The translations under genes were made by a program, and so were the position numbers. DNA of 64,000 nucleotides from contig JAKLIQ010000010.1 of the NCBI GenBank assembly GCA_022709525.1, positions 3,390 through 67,389 on the forward strand. The letters run 5' to 3'. This document shows positions 1 to 8,118 of the stretch, one piece after another (position 1 is the stretch's first letter; the number at the start of each line of letters is the position of its first letter). This DNA is from Candidatus Omnitrophota bacterium. GTDB taxonomy: Bacteria > Omnitrophota > Omnitrophia > Omnitrophales > Aquincolibacteriaceae. The notes beneath the pieces were generated by a model, which was not told where the DNA came from, made no database searches, and was given only the letters and a program-made list of their open reading frames with translations.

Positions 1-752
1 GTCACAAGCGCCGCGTTGCCGGTAGCCATTAAAACGATCATGGTTTCTCCCAGGGCGCGGCCGAACCCCAAAATCACCGCTGCTGAAATACCGGACACCG
101 CGGCAGGAAGAACTGTTCCGAAAATGGTCTGCCATTTGCTGGCGCCCAGAGCGTAAGAAGCGTCCCGCAGTTCTTTCGGGACCGCCCGCATGGCGTCTTC
201 CGAGATCGTGATCATGATGGGAAGGACGGCCAGCGAAACGCCGAGGGAACCTACGAACGCGTTCAGCCGGAACTTGGTATGGAAAAGATCCTGGACGAAT
301 GTCGCAATGAACGCGAGCATCACGAAACCGATCACGACGGAAGGGATGCCGGCCAGAAGCTCTAGAGCGGGTTTTAAGGTTTCTCTCACCTTATAGGGAG
401 CGATCTCGGAAAGATAGACGGCGCAGCCGATACCGAGCACCGCCGAGATCAATGTTGCCGGGAAAGCCACCAAAAAGCTCCCGCAAATCAGCGGGATGAG
501 GGAATATTTGGGAACTTCGGAGATGGATTGCCACATCATTGTAAAAACATTCCGCTCTTCCCAATCGTCATAAACCCATTTTCCGATCAGGTCCATAGGG
601 GTTCCGGTGTGAAAGAACCGGACCGCTTCTCTGAAAAGAAAGATAAAAATAAGCGCGATGATAAGGATCGAGGAGATCCCGGCCAGAAGAAGCGCCTTTT
701 GGATCAGCCACTCTCCCCAATGAACATCTTTTTTGAAAAGTTTATGGTCCAT
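1..752 (-). CDS. pstC: Phosphate ABC transporter permease PstC, 3' end runs off the window
   Basis: My translation of the reverse complement from the ATG at 752 gives MDHKLFKKDVHWGEWLIQKALLLAGISSILIIALIFIF...LGIGCAVYLSEIAPYKVRE...ASYALGASKWQTIFGTVLPAA. These are multi-TM ABC permease motifs typical of PstC. It lies immediately downstream of pstS on the same strand. It is absent from the ORF track because no stop codon falls inside the window. Confidence 0.8.
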   Translation of the reverse strand, partial: MDHKLFKKDVHWGEWLIQKALLLAGISSILIIALIFIFLFREAVRFFHTGTPMDLIGKWVYDDWEERNVFTMMWQSISEVPKYSLIPLICGSFLVAFPATLISAVLGIGCAVYLSEIAPYKVRETLKPALELLAGIPSVVIGFVMLAFIATFVQDLFHTKFRLNAFVGSLGVSLAVLPIMITISEDAMRAVPKELRDASYALGASKWQTIFGTVLPAAVSGISAAVILGFGRALGETMIVLMATGNAALV

Positions 753-844
753 ATATTTTCTGTCCGTATAAGACGCAACGCGCAACGTGAACCTCGGGAG
801 GGGTCCGTCGCGCGCCGCGCCTCTTAAAAATCCTTACTCGCTTC

Positions 845-1720
845 TCAGGCCTTGACCTCCAACGGAACATACCCCACTTCCTCGACGATCTTTTGGCCTT
901 CGGGGCTCAAGATCCAGTCGATGTAAGCCCTAATATCCCCCTTGGGCCTGAATCCGGCATACATATAGAGATAACGCGCAACCGGGTACCGGCCCGTCCA
1001 AGCCGCTTCATAATCAAGCGTTCCATCGGCCTTGACCGGGCTTACCGCCTCGGACTTGTCATCTTTTTTGACGGGAAGGATCTTGATCTGAGGTTGTTTC
1101 AGATAATAAGCGGCGCCGCCGTAACCGATCCCGGCGGGATCTTTAGAAACCGCGCTGGCGACCGCGCTCGTTCCCGGCATGGTTTGGCAATCCGCGGCAT
1201 AATCCTTGTTCTTTAAAACATGTTCTTTGAAGAAAACGTAGGTACCGCTTGAAGATTCACGGCAGTAACGCAGAATCGCCTGGTCCGGTCCGCCGACCTC
1301 GTTCCAGTTGTTGATCTTACCCGTATAGATCCCAAGAAGCTGTTTCATGGAAAGCTCTTTGATGGGATTCGCGGTATTCGTAACGACGGCAAGGCTATCC
1401 ATCGCGACTTTGATCTCTTCCGGATAATAACCGGCTTTTTGGGCTTTTTCGATCTCGCTTTCTTTGATGGGACGGCTGGAATTGGCAAGATCCGTGGTTC
1501 CGTTGATAAGGGCGGCGATACCCACGCCCGACCCCCCGCCTGTTACCTGGATCGTCGCTCCGGCGTTTTTCTGCATATAAACTTCGGCCCATTTCTGTCC
1601 GAGCACCACCATCGTATCCGATCCCTTGACCGTGATGTTCTTTCCGGCGAACGCCGAAGGCGCCATCACCGCCAGAACGGCTATCAAAAAACCTCTTGTG
1701 ACCCATGACATGATCTTCAT
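845..1720 (-). CDS. pstS: Phosphate-binding periplasmic protein PstS
   Basis: 291 aa with an N-terminal signal peptide and the PBP fold motifs (GSDTM, TGGGSGVG, QESRESSSGTY-like segments) characteristic of PstS. It is followed by pstC. Confidence 0.9.
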   Translation of the reverse strand: MKIMSWVTRGFLIAVLAVMAPSAFAGKNITVKGSDTMVVLGQKWAEVYMQKNAGATIQVTGGGSGVGIAALINGTTDLANSSRPIKESEIEKAQKAGYYPEEIKVAMDSLAVVTNTANPIKELSMKQLLGIYTGKINNWNEVGGPDQAILRYCRESSSGTYVFFKEHVLKNKDYAADCQTMPGTSAVASAVSKDPAGIGYGGAAYYLKQPQIKILPVKKDDKSEAVSPVKADGTLDYEAAWTGRYPVARYLYMYAGFRPKGDIRAYIDWILSPEGQKIVEEVGYVPLEVKA

Positions 1721-1770
1721 TTTTCTCTCCTTTGAACGCTTCCAGTCTACAGGAAAGCGTTCGGGTTGAA

Positions 1771-1788
1771 TGTAAAGTGTGTGTAAAC
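1771..1788 (-). promoter_or_regulatory. Putative Pho-box-like direct repeats (TTTACA-N5-TTTACA on the gene strand) about 50-65 bp upstream of pstS
   Basis: Two TGTAAA hexamers on the plus strand at 1771-1776 and 1782-1787. This gives an 11-bp periodicity, typical of PhoB/PhoP-type response-regulator sites. The call is by analogy only. Confidence 0.3.
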
Positions 1789-1789
1789 T

Positions 1790-3268
1790 TTAAAATTTCC
1801 AGTTCATGTCGATCTGGAACCGGCGCTGTTCTTGGTCGATAATGCCGCCTGTTCCGGCGTTCAGGTTATTGATGAAGAAGAGAGAACCGTTGAGCGTGAG
1901 ATAATCGGTAAGCTGATATCCCGCCTTAATGACGCTCCCGCGTTTGCCGGAATGCCCCGCGTATCCGAAATCGCTGTCATTGAAACCCGGCACGGCGTTG
2001 GCGCCGATCCATTTGTAGGCGTACCCCACTTCCCAGTCGTTCTTTTTATTCAACGAACCCACTTTAATACCGATAGCCCACGCGTCGCTGTCGGTCCTTC
2101 CGGGGACATTCATCCGGTTGTTGGCCTTGTTCCCGATATTCGCGATCCAGTCAAAATAAGGGCGGACCGGGATCCCGTAAGGATAGAAGGAAAGCTCGTT
2201 GTAAATCTCCCAAAGCTGGAATTCCCCCGCCGCAAGCTGGGTCGTCGAACCCGGCACCAAGGGGTTGCCGCGGGCAAGCGAAACGCCTCCGACCATAAAG
2301 TTGCTTCCCGTCGCATAGTCTCCGAAGGAGTAGTAGGAAACGGACGACAGCAAGTCGATGGGCCTTTCCATCAGGTCCGTATAGAGGACCGGATTCATCC
2401 CGAGCTGGAAGGCGAAGAGATTGGCATCGCCCCCGCCGGAGGTGTTGGAATCCTCGTCCAAAACGAACTGACCGGCCGTGAGATATCCTTTGAGATCGAA
2501 ATTGGAGGTATCGAGCACCTTGAAATCGACTTTTTCATAGATGCCCTCCGGCTTCACGTCGCGGTCCCAGAGAATATCGGACGACCCCTTCTCAAACGGA
2601 TTGTCCATTTTGCCGGCCGTGATATTCAGCTTTTCAACGGGCCCGATCTTGGCCCAATCGGGCGTATAGGTAGCGAAAACTTTTTCGATATAGATAGGTT
2701 TAAAATTGAAATCCCCGTCCAAACTTGTGTTGGTCGAGGTGGGATCGCTGTTCAGCGCGGAAGATCCCGCCGTCGTGCCGGAAGTCGTCGGCCCTTCGCC
2801 GGAAGCGAGATAAAATCCGACGTTCATCTGGTCGTTGAATTTCTTTTCCCATCCGAAACGCAGGCGGTAACGGAACCGGTTACGGTCGTCGTTTTCCGTA
2901 ATGGCGCCGCTTGTGTTCTGGAACGCTTCATAGCGCAGCCGGAGATCCCCTTTAAACTTGAGATCCTTAAGCCATTTGTCCGAACCTCCGGTCGCATCGC
3001 TCAAACGCTGCTTGAATTCAGCCTCGCTCATGGGAGGAGTGGCTTCCACACCGCCTTGCGACATCTGGATACTCCCGCCACCGCCGGCTTTAAGCGCCTG
3101 GATCTCGGCTTTCTGCGCCATGACAGTGGATTCGAGGGCGCTCATCTGTTTCTGCATATTTTTGATCATTTCTATAAGCTGCGTATCCTCCGCAAATGCC
3201 GGGGACGAACAAAACATAAGGCACGCGATAAGAACGCTCGCCAACCGCATGATGGGATGGTGTCTCAT
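1790..3268 (-). CDS. Outer-membrane porin-like protein with an N-terminal coiled-coil. Possibly a phosphate-selective OprO/OprP-like porin, given its position next to pstS.
   Basis: The start was moved to MRHHPIMRLASVLIACLMFCSSPAFA (signal peptide; a GGAGG ribosome-binding site lies 9 bp upstream of the ATG at 3268). The N-terminus has a heptad-like region, followed by a long region rich in alternating aromatic/Gly/Asn/Asp residues. The protein ends in ...NWKF, a C-terminal Phe typical of beta-barrel outer-membrane proteins. Confidence 0.55.
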   Translation of the reverse strand: MRHHPIMRLASVLIACLMFCSSPAFAEDTQLIEMIKNMQKQMSALESTVMAQKAEIQALKAGGGGSIQMSQGGVEATPPMSEAEFKQRLSDATGGSDKWLKDLKFKGDLRLRYEAFQNTSGAITENDDRNRFRYRLRFGWEKKFNDQMNVGFYLASGEGPTTSGTTAGSSALNSDPTSTNTSLDGDFNFKPIYIEKVFATYTPDWAKIGPVEKLNITAGKMDNPFEKGSSDILWDRDVKPEGIYEKVDFKVLDTSNFDLKGYLTAGQFVLDEDSNTSGGGDANLFAFQLGMNPVLYTDLMERPIDLLSSVSYYSFGDYATGSNFMVGGVSLARGNPLVPGSTTQLAAGEFQLWEIYNELSFYPYGIPVRPYFDWIANIGNKANNRMNVPGRTDSDAWAIGIKVGSLNKKNDWEVGYAYKWIGANAVPGFNDSDFGYAGHSGKRGSVIKAGYQLTDYLTLNGSLFFINNLNAGTGGIIDQEQRRFQIDMNWKF

Positions 3269-3390
3269 AAGATTTTCTCTCCTCCTGTTGATTGGACTCG
3301 GAACGAAATGAGTTTCCATGAACCTTATCTTCATGGCAGGAGTATAAAAAAACCGTGTCAAGCCCTTGTGATGGGAGTGTAAAAAACACG

Positions 3391-3436
3391 TAAAGAAAAA
3401 GGGCGAATCAACTTTCAGAAGGTTGATCCGCCCTTT
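3391..3436 (-). terminator. Rho-independent terminator downstream of etfA
   Basis: On the minus strand: GGGCGGATCAACCTTCTGAAAGTTGATTCGCCC stem-loop (12-bp stem) followed by TTTTTCTTT. Confidence 0.6.
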
Positions 3437-3463
3437 AGATTGCGGGAAAAATTACTTGCTCGA

Positions 3464-4498
3464 TCAGTTCTTGGCGAGAAGTTCGTTCACCTTAGCCATG
3501 ACGGTAAAGGCATCGGCGACGTAAAGCACGTCGGCTTTGCCCTGTGCCCAGCCGCAATTAGCGTCCGTGTTGATCGCGCGCCGTTCATTGATAAAACGCC
3601 AGCCGACCACATGCGGCTCTTCGCCGTGACAGCAAGCGGCAAGTCCCTTGGGATGCCGCGGCGTGGAACCGGTCTGACCGACCTGGTTCAGATGGCTCAT
3701 GAAAGGAAGTACCGCTTCCCCTTCGGAGCCCTGATCCACAAGCGATTTACTGCTACCAAGAGAAGCTTTGGAGCTTTTTAGAAAATCGAGGATAAGTTTT
3801 TCGGCTTCTTTGACGTGGGTCTGACCGTCCATTTGTTTTTTGGTCCAACCGGCGCCGGCCACGAATAAAAGCGCGGCGTCAGGCCGGATGGTCTGCGCAT
3901 CCGCCGAAGGGGCTTCGATCCCCGTAACTTTGGTGCGCTTTTCTTTCTCGGTAAGAGCGACGGTTACGGCTTCAACTTTTGCCGATCCTTTAGCGCCCTG
4001 CCATACCGGAAAAACTCCGGAATCCACAGCCAGGATCCAAGGCCTTGCCGCGCGCGTTAAGGTGGCCATCATGCGCTGACGGTAATACCAGCGCTGGGCT
4101 TGAAGCGCGCCGTCTGTGATCTGAATGCCGCTTATATGCGTATCGATCGCGGCCTTGAGACGGAACGCCGCTCCGGGAAGCGCCCGGGCGAAACGTGAAG
4201 TTGCGGGAGCTAAGATGACCGTAGCGCCCGAAGCCGCGCCAAGCGCTTCGATCGCTTTGACATCGGTTGCGTAGCGGGACACCCCAAAATCCGCGCCTCT
4301 TACGCTGAGGATCTTTGCCGCACCGCAGGCAGTGACAGAATCCGCCGCTGCCTGGACATTTTCCCCGACAAGACCGACCGTCAAGGTCGAGCCCGCAAGG
4401 CCTTTTTGGACCTGAAGCGCCGCGCTTAGGGTTTCAAGCGCGAGCTTGGGGAGATTCCCGTTCGTATCTGTATGCGCTAAAAAAAGTATTTTTTCCAT
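3464..4498 (-). CDS. etfA: Electron transfer flavoprotein alpha subunit (FixB/EtfA)
   Basis: 344 aa. The C-terminal FAD-binding region (QVGQTG...INTD...ADVLYVADAF) and the N-terminal Rossmann-like domain match EtfA. It directly follows etfB. Confidence 0.85.
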   Translation of the reverse strand: MEKILFLAHTDTNGNLPKLALETLSAALQVQKGLAGSTLTVGLVGENVQAAADSVTACGAAKILSVRGADFGVSRYATDVKAIEALGAASGATVILAPATSRFARALPGAAFRLKAAIDTHISGIQITDGALQAQRWYYRQRMMATLTRAARPWILAVDSGVFPVWQGAKGSAKVEAVTVALTEKEKRTKVTGIEAPSADAQTIRPDAALLFVAGAGWTKKQMDGQTHVKEAEKLILDFLKSSKASLGSSKSLVDQGSEGEAVLPFMSHLNQVGQTGSTPRHPKGLAACCHGEEPHVVGWRFINERRAINTDANCGWAQGKADVLYVADAFTVMAKVNELLAKN

Positions 4499-4501
4499 AA
4501 A

Positions 4502-5311
4502 CTAGCCCTTTATCCAGGTTACGATCTCTTTGGCGATCTCATCGACCGGGGTATCTTTGACGATGCGTGTCTGGCGCTGCTGTTTCGGAAGTTCCACGCT
4601 CGCGAATTTGATCTTATCGGTTTTAACTGCTGCCGGGACCGCCTTTTGAAGCGACGGCATGATCCCCCGCATATTCGCCATCCCGACCTGCGGATTATTC
4701 GGAGGTTCGGGAAGATTTCCCGTCGCCCACCCGATCACGGCCGGGGCGCCGGCGCAGGAAGAGACCTGGTATTGCCCGCCTTCAATACGCTCAAGGATCC
4801 TGAACGATCCGTCGGGCTGGACCTTGAGTTCATCGACGGCAAGGAACACATCGCTTACCCCAAGCTGTTCGGCGATCATCTGCATTGTCGTACCCGCGTC
4901 ACGGGAGGCCGAAGCGCAGCCGCCAAAAACAAGGAGTTTTGTCTTATCAAGGCCGGGGATTTTTTCGATCGCGCCGGCGAGAGCCGCGGCGACCTCTCCC
5001 GAATCCACAAAACCGCTCGCCGAACCGTCAAGACAGACAAGTTCGAACGGGACTTTTTGAGCGATCGTCATCATCAGCTGCTGCAGCTTGGCTTTAGGCC
5101 CTAAGCTTAAAAGCGTTACTTTGCTTCCCGGATGGTGTTTCGCGAGGTTCGCCGCCTCAAAGAGCGAGTGGCCGGCCCACGGATCAAGTACTGAGGGCAG
5201 CATCATCTCGTTCTTAAGGCCGGGCCCTGTCGGCCCCTGGACCGGCTCCAGGGTCTGGAGCGGATCGGGCACAAGACTCCCGCAAACTACGATATGAAAA
5301 GCTGTCGTCAT
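4502..5311 (-). CDS. etfB: Electron transfer flavoprotein beta subunit (FixA/EtfB)
   Basis: 269 aa with a MTTAFHIVVCGSLVPDP... N-terminus and the EtfB fold. An AAGGAGGGG ribosome-binding site lies upstream. It is followed by etfA 3 bp away. Confidence 0.85.
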   Translation of the reverse strand: MTTAFHIVVCGSLVPDPLQTLEPVQGPTGPGLKNEMMLPSVLDPWAGHSLFEAANLAKHHPGSKVTLLSLGPKAKLQQLMMTIAQKVPFELVCLDGSASGFVDSGEVAAALAGAIEKIPGLDKTKLLVFGGCASASRDAGTTMQMIAEQLGVSDVFLAVDELKVQPDGSFRILERIEGGQYQVSSCAGAPAVIGWATGNLPEPPNNPQVGMANMRGIMPSLQKAVPAAVKTDKIKFASVELPKQQRQTRIVKDTPVDEIAKEIVTWIKG

Positions 5312-5389
5312 AATTCCCCTCCTTAAAAAATTAATTGAAAAATGCCGTTACGAAGTGTGCCATTATAATGAGTGCTTTTGTTTTCGGCT

Positions 5390-5463
5390 AGTACTGTTCT
5401 CCATTTTATTTTAAGGGTTAACAGTACTGTACCGCATGCCTTCAAATTTAATAGTCATGCGGT
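5390..5463 (-). promoter_or_regulatory. Conserved cis-element pair upstream of etfBA: inverted repeat A (AGTACTGTT-N21-AACAGTACT, 5390-5428) plus inverted repeat B (TACCGCATG-N17-CATGCGGT, 5430-5463)
   Basis: Both perfect inverted repeats are seen directly in the sequence. The same pair recurs upstream of the acyl-CoA dehydrogenase gene at 10240-10399. Confidence 0.5.
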
Positions 5464-5483
5464 GCTAGTGCCCTTTTTGAGCC

Positions 5484-6251
5484 TTACTTTTCCACCTTGG
5501 CAAGCGCTTCTTCGCTATCCCCCTCAAACCGGAACTTCATGAACTCTTCGGTTCCTGGAAGCTCCATCAGGAAAACACGGTTTTGGTCAACCTCGATCCG
5601 GAGATCTTTTCCTTCGAGATCGAGCACATGCCCGCCTATTGTTTTGTCCGCGCTCAAGAAATGAAAATGATAACCGGGCACATTGACACCTCCCATATAA
5701 GGCGGGTAACGGAACCCGACGAGCGTCCCCCGGATATTTTTTAATTCAAATATTTTTTGTTCGTTGATCGCTTCAGTGAGGGCCCGATAAGGTTTTTCCT
5801 GGCGCGCCGCGCTGCGGACCTTAAGGACGCTGAACTCCCCTTCGACCTTCACGGCATAGATGAGATTGGGCGATGGGATCTTTTTATCAAGGAATGCGGC
5901 AAGCTCTTTATAGTCCATAACTTCACCGGAAGAAAATTCAAACGTGGGTTTGAAGAAAACAAGGGTCGCAAAAGGGCTTGTAGCGGTTTTTTGAAGAAGC
6001 TCGGCTTTTCCGTCCTGTTTGATCTGATAAAAAGATCCGTCCAGCACCACCATCTCGCCATCGAGCGCATCCAGAGTCCCGAGGCCAAAATCGCCGCGTT
6101 CTTTAAGGTCCCCTACGCTCATGGTCCCGGCGTAACACCCCGCCATAAGCGCGTCGATGGGGGCATTTTGAAAAACGGCATCCTTTTGAGCGGAACTGTG
6201 TGCGCAAGCGGGCAGAAACAGAATAATGAGGAGAGCGGCTATTTTGTTCAT
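5484..6251 (-). CDS. budA: Alpha-acetolactate decarboxylase with a lipoprotein-type signal peptide
   Basis: Motifs GDFGLGTLDALDGEMV, KPYRALTEA, GTLVGFRYPPYMGGVNVPGYHFHFL and GGHVLD match the ALDC family (GDFGLGTF..LDGE; GYHxHF). The N-terminus reads MNKIAALLIILFLPAC (a lipobox). Confidence 0.75.
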   Translation of the reverse strand: MNKIAALLIILFLPACAHSSAQKDAVFQNAPIDALMAGCYAGTMSVGDLKERGDFGLGTLDALDGEMVVLDGSFYQIKQDGKAELLQKTATSPFATLVFFKPTFEFSSGEVMDYKELAAFLDKKIPSPNLIYAVKVEGEFSVLKVRSAARQEKPYRALTEAINEQKIFELKNIRGTLVGFRYPPYMGGVNVPGYHFHFLSADKTIGGHVLDLEGKDLRIEVDQNRVFLMELPGTEEFMKFRFEGDSEEALAKVEK

Positions 6252-6262
6252 GCGGCTAAAAG

Positions 6263-8116
6263 TTAATTAACGTTGGAGTGAAGGCCGCCCGAACCGGCGC
6301 GAAAATCGACATTGGTGAGATCGCTTCCCTCTTCGCGGGCATAAGCGCAATTCCAAAGACAGGCCCCGCAGTGAATGCATTTCTCACGGTCAAAAAGCGG
6401 GACGCTTCCGTCGGAATTGGCCGTAATGGCCTGGCCGGAGCACATCTCGATACAAACTTTCTTTCGGCATTGCTGGCATTTGCCGGCATCAAGAAAGATC
6501 ACATGGTCCGCGTAACCTTCCGCGGCCTGGACCTTGCCGCCGACTAAAAGCGCGTCCTGGTGGGAAATAAGGAGCTTGCCGTCGTATTGGATCTTCGGCC
6601 AACCCGCGGCATCCATCAAGGCATCATGCATCGAGGTGTTCGTCGCATTCGCTTCCTTGCGCGCTTTTTCGATCGTTTCCGGAGCAATTTTTCCTTTGTA
6701 ATAGGACTCGAGCGAAGGAATACGCTCATAAACGGATTTAAGTTTCGCGGGGATATTGAGAAAACCGTTCGTAAAGCCTGCCATACCCATCCCCATCATT
6801 CCGAGCACAAAATTATGGCTGAATCCGTCGCGGGCTTTTTTGGCGATCCGGTTTTCTTTTTCGACCCAGCTTGCGCGGCGCTTCGCCAAGTAGGCGGTTT
6901 CGAGATTCTCTTTGGAAAGAGGCTTTTTTTCTTTGAGAAGTCCGATCACGCCTTCGGCCAGCTGAACACCGGTCGTCCAGGCCTCATCGACGCCGGAGCC
7001 TTTGAGCATGTTCGTGCTTCCCGAACCTTCTCCGATACGGGCGAAACCGTCGCCTACGATAAAAGGCTCTCCGCGCATTCCGGCTTCCTGAAGACTTTTC
7101 GCGCCCCAGGATTTCAAAGTCGAGCCCTGGAGATGCTTCCAAAGCTTTGGATGCTGCATCCAGTGCTGGAGATAGCGGTAAGAAGAGCGCATCGGGTTAT
7201 CAAGCCATGACGGGACAAAAATACCGAGGGATGCCATGCGATGGGGGTAAACATAAAGAAAACCGAAGATCTCCGGCTCCGGAAAACCGAACGTGTGGAT
7301 CACCGTCCCAGGCTCAAGCGTGGTATTCTCGGGAAGTTCCACGACCGCTTTCATGCCAAGCGCCCATTCGCGTTGATGATTCCCTTGCGGGAGCCCGAAT
7401 TTTTTATCAAGACTTTGCCCCACCGGCCCGTAAGGCCCGTCCCCTATGACCGTCAGCCCGGCGTGGATATCCATTCCCGGCATGAAAGATCCTGTGGGTT
7501 TCCCGGATTTTTCGACTCCCTGGTCCACTAAACGGACGCCGGCAACACGGTTGCTGTCAAAAAGAGGCTCTTTAACGGGCATCCCCGGCCATATCTGCGC
7601 AAGGCCGGAACCCATGAGGTTGGAACCGAGCCATTGCGTGAACTGCCCCATCGAAAAGACCCAACCGCCGTGTTTTGCCATAAAAGGCGGGATAAACGGA
7701 AGGCGGAACGCGTGGTCCTTATACCAAGGCAGGATGAAACCGAAGACGCGGAAAAGCCAATCGACAATTTTTAGGATCCAGCAGCGACGGCTTGCGCCGA
7801 TCGGGTCCAGAAGATAATAAACCTCTTCGTGTTTGACCGGATGCGCCATCGGGATCTGAGAAAGTTCTTCGGCCGTAAAAGAAGCTTTGATCCCTTTCGC
7901 TTCGCTGACGATCCCCGAAACGCCAAACCCGATATCATCCGCACGCTCGTAGCAGATCACCTGAAGCGGCATGCCGGGCATGACCTTGCTTTGAAAGTGC
8001 TCGGCCGCGGGATCCTGCTGCATCGCGCGCGTGAGCGTGGTCAGAAAACCCGCGGTCGCGGGCCCGAACCCGACGCATACAATATCAACATCCATTTTCT
8101 GGCGGTCAGCGGTCAT
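6263..8116 (-). CDS. Electron-transfer-flavoprotein:quinone oxidoreductase (ETF-QO / FixC-FixX-like)
   Basis: 617 aa. The N-terminus carries an FAD GxGxxG motif (VDIVCVGFGPATAGF). The C-terminus carries a 4Fe-4S ferredoxin-like motif (CIHCGACLWNC plus CQQC...C). The length and layout match ETF-QO. It is adjacent to etfBA and an acyl-CoA dehydrogenase. Confidence 0.75.
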   Translation of the reverse strand: MTADRQKMDVDIVCVGFGPATAGFLTTLTRAMQQDPAAEHFQSKVMPGMPLQVICYERADDIGFGVSGIVSEAKGIKASFTAEELSQIPMAHPVKHEEVYYLLDPIGASRRCWILKIVDWLFRVFGFILPWYKDHAFRLPFIPPFMAKHGGWVFSMGQFTQWLGSNLMGSGLAQIWPGMPVKEPLFDSNRVAGVRLVDQGVEKSGKPTGSFMPGMDIHAGLTVIGDGPYGPVGQSLDKKFGLPQGNHQREWALGMKAVVELPENTTLEPGTVIHTFGFPEPEIFGFLYVYPHRMASLGIFVPSWLDNPMRSSYRYLQHWMQHPKLWKHLQGSTLKSWGAKSLQEAGMRGEPFIVGDGFARIGEGSGSTNMLKGSGVDEAWTTGVQLAEGVIGLLKEKKPLSKENLETAYLAKRRASWVEKENRIAKKARDGFSHNFVLGMMGMGMAGFTNGFLNIPAKLKSVYERIPSLESYYKGKIAPETIEKARKEANATNTSMHDALMDAAGWPKIQYDGKLLISHQDALLVGGKVQAAEGYADHVIFLDAGKCQQCRKKVCIEMCSGQAITANSDGSVPLFDREKCIHCGACLWNCAYAREEGSDLTNVDFRAGSGGLHSNVN

Positions 8117-8118
8117 TT

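Noticed and set aside
1832-3382. 516-aa plus-strand ORF antisense to the porin gene. Similar long antisense ORFs occur at 8668-9555, 11960-12799, 17846-19228, 20115-20933, 29325-30185 and 55137-56075.
   Set aside because: Each lies entirely inside a minus-strand gene with clear homology and shows low-complexity Arg/Gly/His-rich translation with no motifs. This is typical of spurious antisense ORFs in GC-rich DNA.
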